Shown here one piece after another: positions 11,781 through 24,700 of a stretch of DNA of 64,000 nt; the stretch's first letter is position 1; every line of letters begins with the position of its first letter. Source of the DNA: Octopus vulgaris (lineage: Eukaryota); the NCBI GenBank assembly GCA_951406725.2, contig OX597814.1, forward strand, positions 24,676,001 to 24,740,000. Reading direction: 5' to 3'. The notes below the pieces were generated by a model. The model had not been told where the DNA came from. It did no database searches and saw only the letters and a list, made by a program, of their open reading frames with translations. The translations under genes were made by a program, and so were the position numbers.

Positions 11781-13809
11781 ACTACACTCGCGGAGTGGTT
11801 GGCATTAGGAAGGGCATCCAGCTGTAGAAACACTGCCAGATCAGACTGGAGCCTGGTGCAGCCCCTGGCTTCCCAGACCCCGGTCGAACCATCCAACCCG
11901 TGCTAGCGCAGAAAACGGATGTTAAACAATGATGATGATGATGATATATATATATGTATACGTGTGTGTGTGTGTGTGTACACAGAGCAACAGGGTTTCC
12001 TCCACCCCAAACCATTTATAGACAAATTAACAGCTGATAAATCATTTAATTTTCATTTCTTTTTAGAGTTAACCAATGAGAAATAATGAAGGGAGCCTGA
12101 CCATGCTTTGAACAAAGGAAATGTGTTCTAACGTGCCACCAACAGATTGAAAACACAATTCAAGAGCTAACAGTTTAGAAAGAGTTTCAAACAGTTCCAC
12201 TTATGTGACTTATCATCATTTAAATGCAATTGCTATCACTCTATCACTTGTGAGTGGTACTTGGTAAGATATGTAGAAGATACATGCTTTCCAACAAAGA
12301 TTTTTTTGAGTGATAAGGCTTCGTTTAAATTAAATGTCACAATTAATTGCTACATTTGCACCTAATGGTGATATGAGAATCTGCATATTATGGAGGAACA
12401 TCAAATTAATTTACCAAGAATTACAGTATATATATACTCAGCAGTATCAGAGCCAAGTAATGTTTAGGCATAAGTGAATTTAAGGTAAGTTAAAGTATGC
12501 TTGTGGCATATTTCAACGTTTCAAGGAAAATTTGTTGCAGTCACTGTGAAGAAAAAATCCTCTTGTATGGCAAAGCATATTTTGACTAACCTAAAGCTTG
12601 CTTATGCATAAACACTGCATGGCACTGATACTGCTGAATTTCTTTTGACCTGGCAGTCCAATAGCACAATACAGTGTTGTTGGCTGTGTTTTGGTTAAGG
12701 CTATGGCTTTAAATCTGCCCAGAGTTACTTCTTTTTAATATCTCCCATTGATGACAGCTAAAGAGCTAGAAATACTGACCCTGAAAATTTGACAGAGTGC
12801 AACCTTAGACAGATGTGGTGTTTTTATACCTTTTACCAGGAGAGAGAATTTTTTCACCACAGTAATTTCAATGCATTGCCATTTGCATGCATGCGCGCAT
12901 GTGTGTGTGTGTGTGTGTTATGTAAACAGTGACTCAAATTATAAACATACACTTTAGTATGCTAACAAAAGATATTCTCAAAATTGTTTTGCATTTTATT
13001 TTTATTCCCAGTGGCTTCAGAAGGGAAAGACATCTATTTTCAAGCTGAAACAAGTAAAATGTTACAACATGCATAATTCAGATCGTCTTTCAGACTAAAT
13101 TCTGGAACCATTAAAGAGTGTATAGTGATAAAGAAGTACTTGCTAACCATTATTTCTATTTTTCTAATAATTTTCACATATCTATCCTCTTGAATGCTCT
13201 TGATGCCACATCAAAGAAGATTGCTAATGAATACACACTTGAAATTTAGCCTCCTCAATATATTACTAATCTTAAAGAGTCTTCACACAATATCTATTGT
13301 TTTAACATTATTCTAGTCCAGTAAACCAGTGTAATTTATCTCCTGGTTGAGTAGAATTTGATTCCATCAGACGTCTCTTGTGGCAACGAGATTACCTTGG
13401 AGCTGATCAGGGCTATATAAGATAAACAATAATGATAAATATAAACTTGCTTCATATCTGTGACAGCTTAATTCTGTTTTATACATACATACATACATAC
13501 ATACATACATACATACATCATACAGAATACAAGTTCAACTTTATACATGTAATTATTGAGGTCATGGGATATGTAACACACTGCCTAAATACCAATCTTG
13601 AGAAATTAGGCTTCTCAAAACCAGAATGGAAAAAGCTGATTTGAAGACTATATATTCAATCCATCACTGGAACTGTAAAAGTTTGTGAAACTTTCCAGAA
13701 GTTTATCATTTAAGTATATATGAGCATGTCTAAATATGCAACTATATGCATGAGATGTACATAAATCAAAACGTAGAAATCTGCACACATATATATATAC
13801 ATACATACA

Positions 13810-13852
<43 letters not shown>

Positions 13853-13855
<3 letters not shown>

Positions 13856-13975
13856 TCATCATCATCGTTTAACATCCGCTTTTCATGTTGGCATGAGTTG
13901 GATGGTTTGACTGAGGGCTGGTGAACCAGAAGGCTGCATCGGCCACACTCAAATGGTGCTTTTTTTAAGTGCCAT
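13853..13975 (-). mobile_element. RTE 3'-end fragment
   Basis: catcatcgtttaacatccgcttttcatg... is the reverse complement of the RTE tail. Confidence 0.8.
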
Positions 13976-16666
13976 TCTATCTTACAAGACATAGAGTAAA
14001 GTATCCAATAAGATATTCTGGTGTTGGTCTCATCTGTGGGTTTCATTCACATCTGCATCAGAGTCTGTGAGATTTTCCAGTTGCAATGCTCACTGATGGG
14101 GTTCTTTCTAAAGTACACACTCCAAAATCTTTAGTATTCAGCAGGACTTGGTCATGACCCTTACACTCTTTCTTCTGTACAATAACCTGTTTGCTGTCAC
14201 CTTTAAGGACAATTGTTCCAATGCAGATTGTACCACAAGAGACTGATCAAAATATTGTAGATCCCTGCACTACAATCACTAGGCACATACAAGTGATATT
14301 TTGATAAGGAAAAGTTTAAAGAAATATAATACTTATTTTGCAAAAAATAACCACAATTAACACTCAAGCATTTGCGACATGTAATTTCTTTTCAACAAAT
14401 TTCTCCAAAATATTAATAAATTGTAAGTTGTTAAGAATATCATTTTCAATTACCTTAAGAGAAAAATCTATTTAGCTTTTGGTGTGCCATTGTTAATTTG
14501 TGTACCTTCAGCTGATGCTTTATCACAGAGAAATTCTCTCAACTGTTGCATTAGTTATTAAACTCAATTAGCTTCATAAGCAGTTTCACCATTAGGGAAT
14601 GAGCTTTCCACAAGGCTGTGGTTATCAAAAGGTTATGGAACATTTGAGTGTCCACATTACCACTTAAGTAAAGCTCTTCAAAACATATTCTCTAGAAAGG
14701 GAACATTTTCCCATATTTCTTTATTTAACAGGGTGTTAAAGAAGGAGATGTTCTTATTACTATCTGGTTCAAGCTTTACAGTGAATCTATGATGCATTCA
14801 ATACCTCAAATTTCAGATGGAATTTCTATCTGGTATCATCTGGATGGGCGTGTTTCAACTTTTAGACTTTCAAAATAACTAGAAGAATCAATGATCATAA
14901 TTCTCCTGGCCTTCAATGTTCTTGTGTTAATGTTGTCAGAGAGCTTAGTTCTGAAGTTGTGTAGAATTGGTATTACATTGTGGGCTATACTTTAGCTTTG
15001 CAAAGACAGACAGTTAGCAGTTTTGTTTGGGTAGAAGTATTTTTGGCTATGAAGGGTAAAGTTACGTAGTCCTTGAGATGGAGTTTTTGTTGCCTTATAT
15101 GTGAAATCACCAGTAAGGATCAACAAGTATGAAGTGTAGCATTTGTAGTAATTTTGAGGGTTTTGACTGTGTGCTGTCAAAAATAAAAACAATCAGTTAC
15201 AAGATTGTTACGTTGATATATGCTCATTTGAAGGTAGTATCATGTCCTCATGGAGGAATATTTTTTGCATTGACTCAAAGAGTCATTGCAGGTTAGACAT
15301 GGTATGACAAAATGCAAGTGAATAATTTTGGGGTAGTGAAAGCTAGAAAGAAATGAAGAGTGAAATACAAACTGAATTAAAGCATGAGCACTCAGGCATG
15401 CAGGCCTGAAACCTCCAGAGATTAGGGAAAAGGTTAATTTGTGAATGCAGAATCAAAATATAAATATTCTAAGTTGTTTCTTTTAACAAATTTCACTTTG
15501 TTAAGCGACTTGATGAGTACAAGTATAAAATATTACAAGATACCAGGAGCTTAAGGGTTTTCTAACCTTTTGTCTCAACTTTCATTTCGCCTGTTTAATG
15601 CAATTCTTTTCAAAATGCATGGATGCATTCAGTGTATATTTTTCTCTATGGTGCCCTGTTATTGATAATAAGTTTCCCAACTTAACACATGAATATTGCA
15701 TTTTTTAAATAGGATTAAAGGCAGCTCTTGTATGTTAACTTTGTCAAAGGAGATAGTTTCACAGAACATACATCTCAATAAAGTTGACATTTTGAAATAT
15801 TTCATCTTGCATACAAACTATGTGGTTGGTCAACCTAAGTCTGCTAAGTCATAAAATAACTTTTAATATTCGCTAGCTCCAAGACCTCAACCTCATTCAC
15901 ATAATCCTTCTAAGTTGTACAGAAAATTTGTTGAAGACACTAATTTGTTGAAGATGTATGCACACACACCTGCACATGTATGTAAAAGCGTGTATGTGTG
16001 ATAATCACTTTGCATCAGCTAGATCAACACTCTAATGTTTTGACAAAGGAAATTTTAAATTTCCATCATATTCAAAAGTGATAGATGTCACACAAATTTG
16101 AAAATGACTATAAATTTGAAACTTGCAATAAACTCCAAATGCTAACATGATCATCAAGCAATGGCAGTGAATAAAACATACATTAAAAAGAGCAAGATCT
16201 AACTTGTACAAAATATGTAAATCATGAAAAGCAAAATTTATTAAAACCTTACACTAATAGTTTCTATATTAAAAAAAAGAAACATTATGATCAATTTTTA
16301 AGTGCAGGAAGGAAATGGAATAAAAATGCCTTCTGATATTTATTCTGGCTCTATTGTTTTGAAGTTCAAATCCTGCCAAGGGTAACTAATTTTTTTTTTC
16401 TATTCTTAATCCATCTGGGATCAATAAAATAAAATACTACTCATTACTGAGACTGACAGTATTGATTAACCCACACTTCTCTCAAAATTGCTGTATTTGT
16501 ACCTAAATTAGAAAGAATTATAGTATAGAATTATAGAATTACAAGATAGATATAAAGTTATTTACAATATATGCTTCAACATTACTAATTACTTTAATTA
16601 CTATATTTCTAGTAAAATACACTGTCTACCATTCTCTTTTATATTTTACACTTGGAATTCATTTTC

Positions 16667-16800
16667 CAGGAAAAAGTAACTCCGAAAGAATGATAGGCAA
16701 AGCTGACCTTGGTGGAATTCGAACACAGAATGTAAAAACCAGATGGAAAGCCACTAAGCATTTTGCCCACCATGCTAATGATTCTGCCAGCTTACTACCT
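16667..16800 (-). mobile_element. SINE family B, degraded 5' half
   Basis: Homologous to 48550-48665. Confidence 0.65.
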
Positions 16801-16990
16801 TACAACACATTACTTTACTAGAGGAACTTTGAGAATAATATACATTTCATAAATTAGTGTGGATTTGGTTAAATGCAATATAAAATTTAATAATGTTTCT
16901 AACCTTGATATTTATAGAGATCAATGGCCAGTGCTATTTGCAGAGTATCTCTTTTGGTGCAGACTATTTCTGATGGTAATAGAAAAGGAT

Positions 16991-17327
16991 ACTCTTTTAC
17001 TCTTTTACTTGTTTCAGTCATTTGATTGTGGCCATGCTGGAGCACCACCTTTAGTCAAGGAAATCGACCCCAGGACTTATTCTTTGTAAGCCTAGTACTG
17101 TCAAGCGATGTTGGTGGGACAAACACCGACACACAAACACACACATACATATACATATACATACGATGAGCTTCTTTCAGTTTCCATCTACCAAATCCAC
17201 TCACAAGGCTTTGGTCATCCTGAGGCTATAGTAGAAGACACTTGCCCAAGGTGCCATGCAGTGGGACTAAACCTGGAACCATGTGGTTGGTAAGCAAGCT
17301 ACTTACTACACAGCCACTCCTGCGCCT
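16991..17327 (-). mobile_element. SINE family A with an internal deletion
   Basis: Reverse complement of family A; aaggata on both flanks as a possible TSD. Confidence 0.9.
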
Positions 17328-18233
17328 ATAAGGATATTAAGGAAAAAACAATATAAAAATCAAAAGTTAATTTTTTAAAAATAATCCAAAATTTTGAGGA
17401 GTGAAAATGATAAAGGGAGGTTTAATCAGATAATTTCATTTAAAAATAAGCTCATTTTGATGTGTCATGGAACCATTGGCAATCTCATGCACTTATTAGT
17501 GGCAATTGTTAAACTGGCTTTTGTTTGGTCTACTGCAAAAGATTAATATTTACATTCATATAAGAACAGTCATAAATGGAAACTTCAGTTCTACATAAAA
17601 TTTGCAAATAAATGCCACTTTTGACATTAGTATTACTCTCTCTCTCTCCCTCTCCATCCTCCTCTCTCTCTTCATGGTACAACTTCAACTACAAGCGACT
17701 AATCATAAATATATATATAAACATTATTACTAGACTTCATAGCTCTTCAATGATACAAGCTGTTATTATTAGAAATTATAAATACTGCAATTTCGTTTGA
17801 AGTATATTTATAACTTGAAGCAACATATTTGACTTAAAAATTAATATTCTGTTTTCTGTTTGCTTTGTTAGAAATATCTAACTCTAGTTTTCAATAGTCC
17901 TGCTATTAGAAGCAACATTTGCATCTAAGCTTTAAAATAAACCTGACACTAATGACTGAATTACCTGTTTCGATAATTACCATTTATGAAGTTCCATACA
18001 CCTAAATACTTGTCACATAGATGTTATGAGCATGCATCCTCCATTTTTAATATGCATTAAACTGTTAAAGGTGACTAGTTACACTCTTTATTCAGTAAAA
18101 TCTCTATCACATGTTTACCTTTAGATATATCTTTTCTTACACAGTAAAGCAAACCAATCCATGATGATCAGTTAAAAGACTATCTACCTTGATGGACCAT
18201 TGAAAGAATCTCTATGTTGGTGCTTAACTTTCC

Positions 18234-18633
18234 AGGCGTAGGAGTAGCAGTGTGGTAAGTAGCTTGCTTATGAACCACATGGTTCCAGGTTTAGTCCCAT
18301 TGCATGGCACCTTGGGCAAGTGTCTTCTACTATAGTCTCGGGCTGAAAGCCTTGTGAGTGGATTTGGTAGACGGAAACTGAAAGATGCCCGTCGTATATA
18401 TGCATATATATATGTGTATGTGCATATATATGTCTGTGTTTGTCCCCCCAGCATCGCTTGACAACCAATGCTGTTGTGGTCACGTCCAAGTAACTTAGCA
18501 GTTCAGCAAAAGAGACCGATAGAATAAGTACTAGGCTTACAAAAAATAAGTCCTGGGGTCGATTTGCTTGATCAACTAAAGGCTGTGCTCCAGCATGGCC
18601 ACAGTCAAATAACTGAAACAAGTAAAAGAGTAA
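18234..18633 (+). mobile_element. SINE family A
   Basis: Colinear with 464-853. Confidence 0.9.
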
Positions 18634-19540
18634 ATAAAACTAAATGTCACTCAGATCAGACTCTACCACCTTAATAAGAAAGAACACACTGGTTGATGTT
18701 ATTTGAGATATCACTATGTTGGACACCCCACCAAAAAAAAAAGCACCTAGAAAATAACTATTACATTCAGTGCTCAATGAAGCCAAGGAGAGTCTCATAC
18801 ATTATGCTAATTCATTTAATACCTTATTTTTTTATTTCTTAAAATTGTTTTATACCTTACTCAAGGAAGAAGGGCATCACTAATGATTTTTTTCAGAATC
18901 TTCAAGGCTTGTTGGAATGTGTTCCCAGCTGACAAACTTGGCCTGAGTTCTTGGACTCAGACAAAGACACCCAGATGGTGGTGTTAAACAGGGTAACTGG
19001 TTACATCTGGCACCCATTATTAATCTATTAACACACAAACTATAAACAAGTTCCTAACAAACACAGCCAGTTGGTGATTCTGTTAATCTTCTTGTAGATA
19101 TTTTAAAGCAAACCAATCAAACAGTTTTAGAATTACAATTAAGGTTTCAGTTAAAAGGTGTGTATTAAAAACCAACCACTACAACAAACATAGTAGTAAT
19201 GAGCAGCTGAGCAGCTATGAAATTATCAATTTATATTCAGCTTTTACAAGTAACCCTAATAGTACTATACAGAAGAAAAACCATTTTAACAATAATTAAT
19301 TATTCTATCTAGCAGGACTGTGACTAAACTCACTCTGGAACTATTGTGTGCTCAGCAGCTTATCTTTTATGAACTGCTCAGAAACTTGGCTTTTCTATAA
19401 CCAGCAGTTTCCATCAGTAGAACAGAACCTTTTAACAGCATGTATGCTTTATTCTCCACATTACTCAGATATGCTATATACATATCTACTCCAACACAAG
19501 ATATATATCAGAGAGGCAAGCTTCCCAACCACATCAGAGA

Positions 19541-19825
19541 GGCAAGCTTCCCAACCACATAGTCCTGGGTTCATTCCTACTATAGCGTTAGACTGATCAA
19601 AGGATTGGGAGTGGATTTGATAGACAGAAACTGAAAGAAGCCCATCGTGTGTTGTGTGTTCCTGTGTTTGTCGCCCCATCACTGCTTTACAACCAGTGTT
19701 GGTGTGTTTACATCCCCATAACTTAGCAGTTTGGCAAAAGAGACCAATAGAATAAATACTAAGCTTAAAAAACAAGTCCTGGGATCAAATTGTTCGACTA
19801 AAACCCAAATGACTAAAACATGTAA
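19541..19825 (+). mobile_element. SINE family A, degraded
   Basis: B-box gggttcattcc and aaagagaccaatagaataa body. Confidence 0.75.
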
Positions 19826-19881
19826 ATGAATTCATTATCATCATCATCATCATCATCATCATCATTTACATCTGCCTTCCT

Positions 19882-19914
<33 letters not shown>

Positions 19915-19917
<3 letters not shown>

Positions 19918-20240
19918 AAAGGTAGGATAAAAAGAACATGACAAGTGGAATCAAACAAAGCACAACATGCAGAAAAATAGATGATAACATAATGTAAGTG
20001 ATAACATAGAGGATAACACAACAAGCAGCAAACAGGACAGAAAGAAGATACATGGACCATTTGCAGCAGATTTCCTCATCAGTCGGTTTCTGGAAAGTCA
20101 TGGTAGTTTCACACCCCTTTAGTACCAAGACTATTTGAATCCAGCAAAGTACTAGGGACTTAAGCTAAAAGCATTAAGCCTCTGGGAAAAGCAAACGAAT
20201 GTATACAAGAACAGAACAAGAACAGAAACAGAGAGAAAGC
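19915..20240 (-). repeat. Family F diverged copy (possible Penelope-like remnant)
   Basis: Same layout as 43800-44100: AG-rich segment, TCWTCAG, GTTTC ~25 nt later, then gaaaagcaaa. Confidence 0.4.
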
Positions 20241-20307
20241 AAGATGATGATGAGAATGATTATCAGCATCATCCTCATCATCATCCTCAACATCCTCCTC
20301 CTCCTCC

Positions 20308-20338
<31 letters not shown>

Positions 20339-22036
20339 TTATAAATGTATCTACATAGCTATATATATTTGTACATGTATGTCTGTATATATACAAATGC
20401 CTACATATAACTTACCAACAACCAAATGGAACCCAGTCCATCTTGAATACATTCACTGCTTTGAGTTTGTAACTCATACTTATTTGAGTCTATTTGTGGT
20501 ATTCACTCCTTTGACTTTATTTGTAATTTCCATTCGTCCAGTGTGTGTGAGTTTTGTGCTTTATTCTTCCACTGTAGAAATCAAAGCCTTATATCAAATG
20601 TATCATTTATAATGGTTGATAAAATTTGTGATATTACATTGATTTATCAATCAGTAAAGAATATAAATCAAATATTTGTTAAATGTTATCCTGCAGTTTT
20701 GTTTATCACAGATGGAATTTAAAATTCTCAGCACATCTCCACACCTATCAGGCATTAAATACCAACCCATACTGTTAATTTTGATCTATATTATTCACAA
20801 TAAACTTCCTTAAACTTAGAACAGAACAATTCACCAGTAAATGCTTCCATAAGCATTTCCTATTAACTTATGTGGTTAATGATTAATATTTATTCTTGTG
20901 CAACCTTTAAGTCAAAATATCAAATCATTAGACATTTATAGTGAGTGTATATTATTGATAAAGTGTAGAGAAATTATAAGCTCAAATTTCCCATATTTCT
21001 TCATAAAAGACAAAATTCTTTCAAATATCATTTCTTCCCATTATGAAAGCAATTATTCATTCCTCAGGTCTGTTTACACTTTCAGAGAGAGTTTATAATT
21101 TCAATGTAACTTATAGCATCAAAACACATATACTGTGGTTATGTTATAGCTGCAACTTTCAGATGCTTTTGTGTGTAACATTGTGTAAATATGCTCTGAT
21201 ATTTATAATTAAGTTAAGTTTTGTCACTTCTTGCTCACTGAACCACATCAATACACATATTTATGGCTCATGGAATTAGATTAATTTGCTTTCTCAAGGC
21301 AAAGTTTAGTTGTATATATTTGCCCTGGCTTCATTCCAACCACATCATGGAAGATGTTAAAAGAAAGGGAAAAAGAAAAGATTTACTTCTAATATTTGCT
21401 ATAAGAGAATGAATATAAAAGTTTTCATTTTATGTATGGATTGTTGAACTTCTCTGTTAAGAATGGTATGTTTTTGCAGATATAAAAAAGGAGAAAAGTT
21501 ATGATGGTGGAAGATTTTAATGCTGGGTTCATAGATCACGAGTATAAAATTTTTCAGTGCATATAGTAGTAAATTTCGTTTATCTGGTTCTCAAAATTGT
21601 GAAAAGTACACAACTGAAAAAAAATAGCTTCAGCAATAGAATATCAACAACAATGGGAAATTAAAGATTGTTATAGTGGTAGACTATCTGGATTTCAAAT
21701 CATGTTCAGTTGGCTTTCATGATATACAGTTGTATGATTATGAAATTCACTTTGTAACTATGTGGTTCTGGGTTAGAGCCATTTGTGTGGAAATTAGGAA
21801 AGTGTTTCTCTGCTATAACTTCAGTTTCACTAATGACTTGCTAATGAAATTAGGTGGACAGAAATTGTACAGAGGTCTGTTGTGTGTGTGTGTATGTGTG
21901 TGTGTATGTGCATTTCTGTGTCCATGTGTATATGTTATTATATGTATGTATGCATAAAAGATATATATAAGAATTTTTTTGCGTAATAAGATAAAAAACC
22001 AAGTCTGTATAGATATTAGAGCATTTATAGATAGAA

Positions 22037-22089
22037 GGGCTTACAGCTGTTTCTAGGATATTAATTAATAATATCCCTTCATTGGAGAC
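22037..22089 (-). ncRNA. Degenerate minimal type I hammerhead ribozyme in a Penelope-like repeat remnant (~21965-22280)
   Basis: Minus strand gtct-CCAATGA-a-gggatatta/ttaatatcct-a-GAAAC-agct-GTA-agcc: stem II, palindromic stem III and GUA site; core CUGANGA is mutated. Confidence 0.55.
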
Positions 22090-22849
22090 GGTGTGAGAGG
22101 AAAATTAAGTCATAGTTAATTTAGATGTGATACAAAATAGAGAGTGAGGTGGAGGAAAGAAAATAGATGTAAGATATGTATGGGTATTGAAGTTGTAAAT
22201 CCGTTTTATAGGCATAATGGTATATATGCAATATTCCAATATCCTTTGAGTAAAATCCAAAAGTCCAGCAGAGTTTAATGTCTCTTCCAAATATATATAT
22301 ATATACACATATATACATATATATATATATGTATATATATGTATGTGTGTGTGTGTGTGTATTAGAGTGGCCCTTAGCAATAGGTAATTTTTCAAAAGTT
22401 ACAATTTTGATGCTCCCACCTTCTAATCCTGTTCCAATAAGCAAAATAACGGGGTATGCAAAATTTTGGCTTAATCAGACAACTGCCAGGCGACCCTCAA
22501 AGGCCCTGAAGTTGGAACATGGTATATGCAAGAATTAAATGTTTTCAAAAGCAGTACACTGTTCCCTTTCTCCACCGTTTTCTTTATTCTGCTCAGAGAA
22601 ATCTATGTGGACACATCCAGGTAACCCCAACAGATGTTTAAAAACGTTCTGAATCAAATTTATAAATAGCTAATTTGAAAAATTACTGAAAAAAGATGAA
22701 AAACTTAAGAAATATTAGGTTTTCTTAATACTGCACACAATTTCTATAAGGGAAACATTTTAATTTACAACAATAAATTGTATAAAACCAAAAGCATAAT
22801 GTGAACACAGAACACTGAATATTGAACATTATCTTTGCATAAGAGAGGA

Positions 22850-24700
22850 TTTAGTGGCAGTTGTGTATGTTTTACAATTTTCGGTAACGATCTGTAAAAC
22901 AAATTATTTCTCAGTTTAATCTTTTGTGAGAATGTAATTGTAATCCTTAATGAGTTTTACACCTCTTTCTGCAACATCATTCACAGCAACTGCCTTCTCA
23001 AAATTTTCAAGTCCACTTTTGTAACTAAGATCATCCTTCCATATTGAAGGGTCTTTGTTGAGGAAATCGGTGCCTATAGAAAATCTCGTGAGGTAAGTTT
23101 TTCTTCCAAGAGTTACAAAAGACAAAAACTTGATGTTTGTAAATGAAGAAAAGTCATTTTGGTGTAGAATGTACCTCTTCAGTTGATGTTTTTTTCTTCC
23201 TCTTCTTCACTATTGTCTGCTTCCAGCATAACTTGAGCAATATTTGCTTTCACCTCTGTTGGAACATTGTCATCAAATATAGATAGAGCCACAGTTTTGG
23301 GAGCTAAGTACCAGAGATGAATGGAAAATTTTTTCACAGCAGCTTTACTGATTTCTGGATCAATATTCTGATAATTTATCAGTTGACACATGAATAGGAA
23401 ATCATGATAAGATGCTTTAATTACTTCTGGTGACAGAAACCAGACTCGAACATACACTTGAGCAAGAAAAATACAGGCGCAGGAGTGGCTGTGTGGTAAG
23501 TAGCTTGCTAACCAACCACATGGTGCCGGGTTCAGTCCCACTGCATGGCATCTTGGGCAAGTGTCTTCTGCTATAGCCCCGGGCCGACCAATGCCTTGTG
23601 AGTGGATTTGGTACATGGAAACTGAGAGAAGCCTGTCGTATATATGTATATATATATATATATATGTATGTGTATGTGTGTGTTTGTGTGTCTGTGTTTG
23701 TCCCAATAGCATTGCTTGACAACCGATGCTGGTGTGTTTATGTCCCCGTCACTTAGCGGTTTGGCAAAAGAGATTGATAGAATAAGTACTGGGCTTACAA
23801 AGAATAAGTTCCGGGGTCGATTTGCTTGACTAAAGGCGGTGCTCCAGCATGGCCGCAGTCAAATGACTGAAACAAGTAAAAGAGTAAAAGAGTAAAGAGA
23901 GTCTTCTTAAAGACTTCTCCCCAGGAAATAACTGAAATTGACCTTGAAACAGATCAATTTCTTCTCCCCAGGAGACTTCTTCTTCTCAGGAGACTTCATC
24001 TCCCCTGGAGATAACTGAAATTGATCTTGAAACAGGTATGTCCTGAATGCATAAACTGCTTCTGACAATCACCTAGCATGACTTACAGTGCCTGGAGTAT
24101 GAAACGATATCCTGTTCTTCAGAATGCTGCCAAGAAAGATCATCGTTAACTCTAACAATTCTTGGTAATCATTTCTCTGTTGTTTTTGCATAGAAAGGTG
24201 GTATTCAAAAAATCCAAGAATGGTAGAGTGGACATCATCAAGCACTTCATTGCTACTAGTTATATGAACCTTCTTGTTGGCTTTCTTCTAGGTTTCTCTA
24301 AATCTCTTGAAAAGCGCCATGCCTGGACCAGATGTTTCACCCATCAGTGAGTTAAAGCAGCTCCTAAAAACTAATTAAAAAAATGTGATGTTGGTAAGGG
24401 AAGTACAACAGGTCACGATTGAACAACTTTCCTAGATTTGTACAGGCACTATTCATTTGACCTGTGTTGCTTGTTGTTGTGTCACAGCAAAGTGCTTGAA
24501 TTTTGTCAGTTATACTCCACTTCTCCACTGCTTAGTAAACGGCCATGGCTTGCTGTTCTCTTGAAGATGTTGGAATTTCAGGGACTTCGAACAATTACTC
24601 CTTACCTTGAAAAGTTACTAGTATTGCCAGTCTATCAACCTTTTTAATGCCTGTGAGTGCTGGGAGCAGCTTTCCATCCCAGTACAACACTAATTCTTGA
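22850..24700 (-). pseudogene. hATm-like transposase pseudogene
   Basis: Minus-strand peptides RNDYQELLELTMIFLG, PGTVSHAR*, HLWYL, VNDVAERGVKL; stops, frameshifts and a SINE insertion. Confidence 0.8.
23476..23899 (+). mobile_element. SINE family A inserted into the hAT transposase
   Basis: Full-length copy interrupting the transposase frame. Confidence 0.92.

Larger units (their letters stand above)
10127..11944 (+). mobile_element. 5'-truncated RTE-clade LINE inserted in (TA)n
   Basis: RT motifs FVDLEKAFD, GVHQGSALSPLLF, LLYADDL; C-terminal GRPRK; ~60-bp 3'UTR tandem repeats; (GAT)n tail. Confidence 0.95.

Noticed and set aside
12066-12263. Segment bounded by acceptor-like and donor-like sites
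   Set aside because: Early stops in all three frames and no other support
13630-13710. Possible hammerhead remnant (ctga...gtGAAACtt-tccag-aaGTT)
   Set aside because: The CUGANGA core and stems I and II are too degenerate to support it
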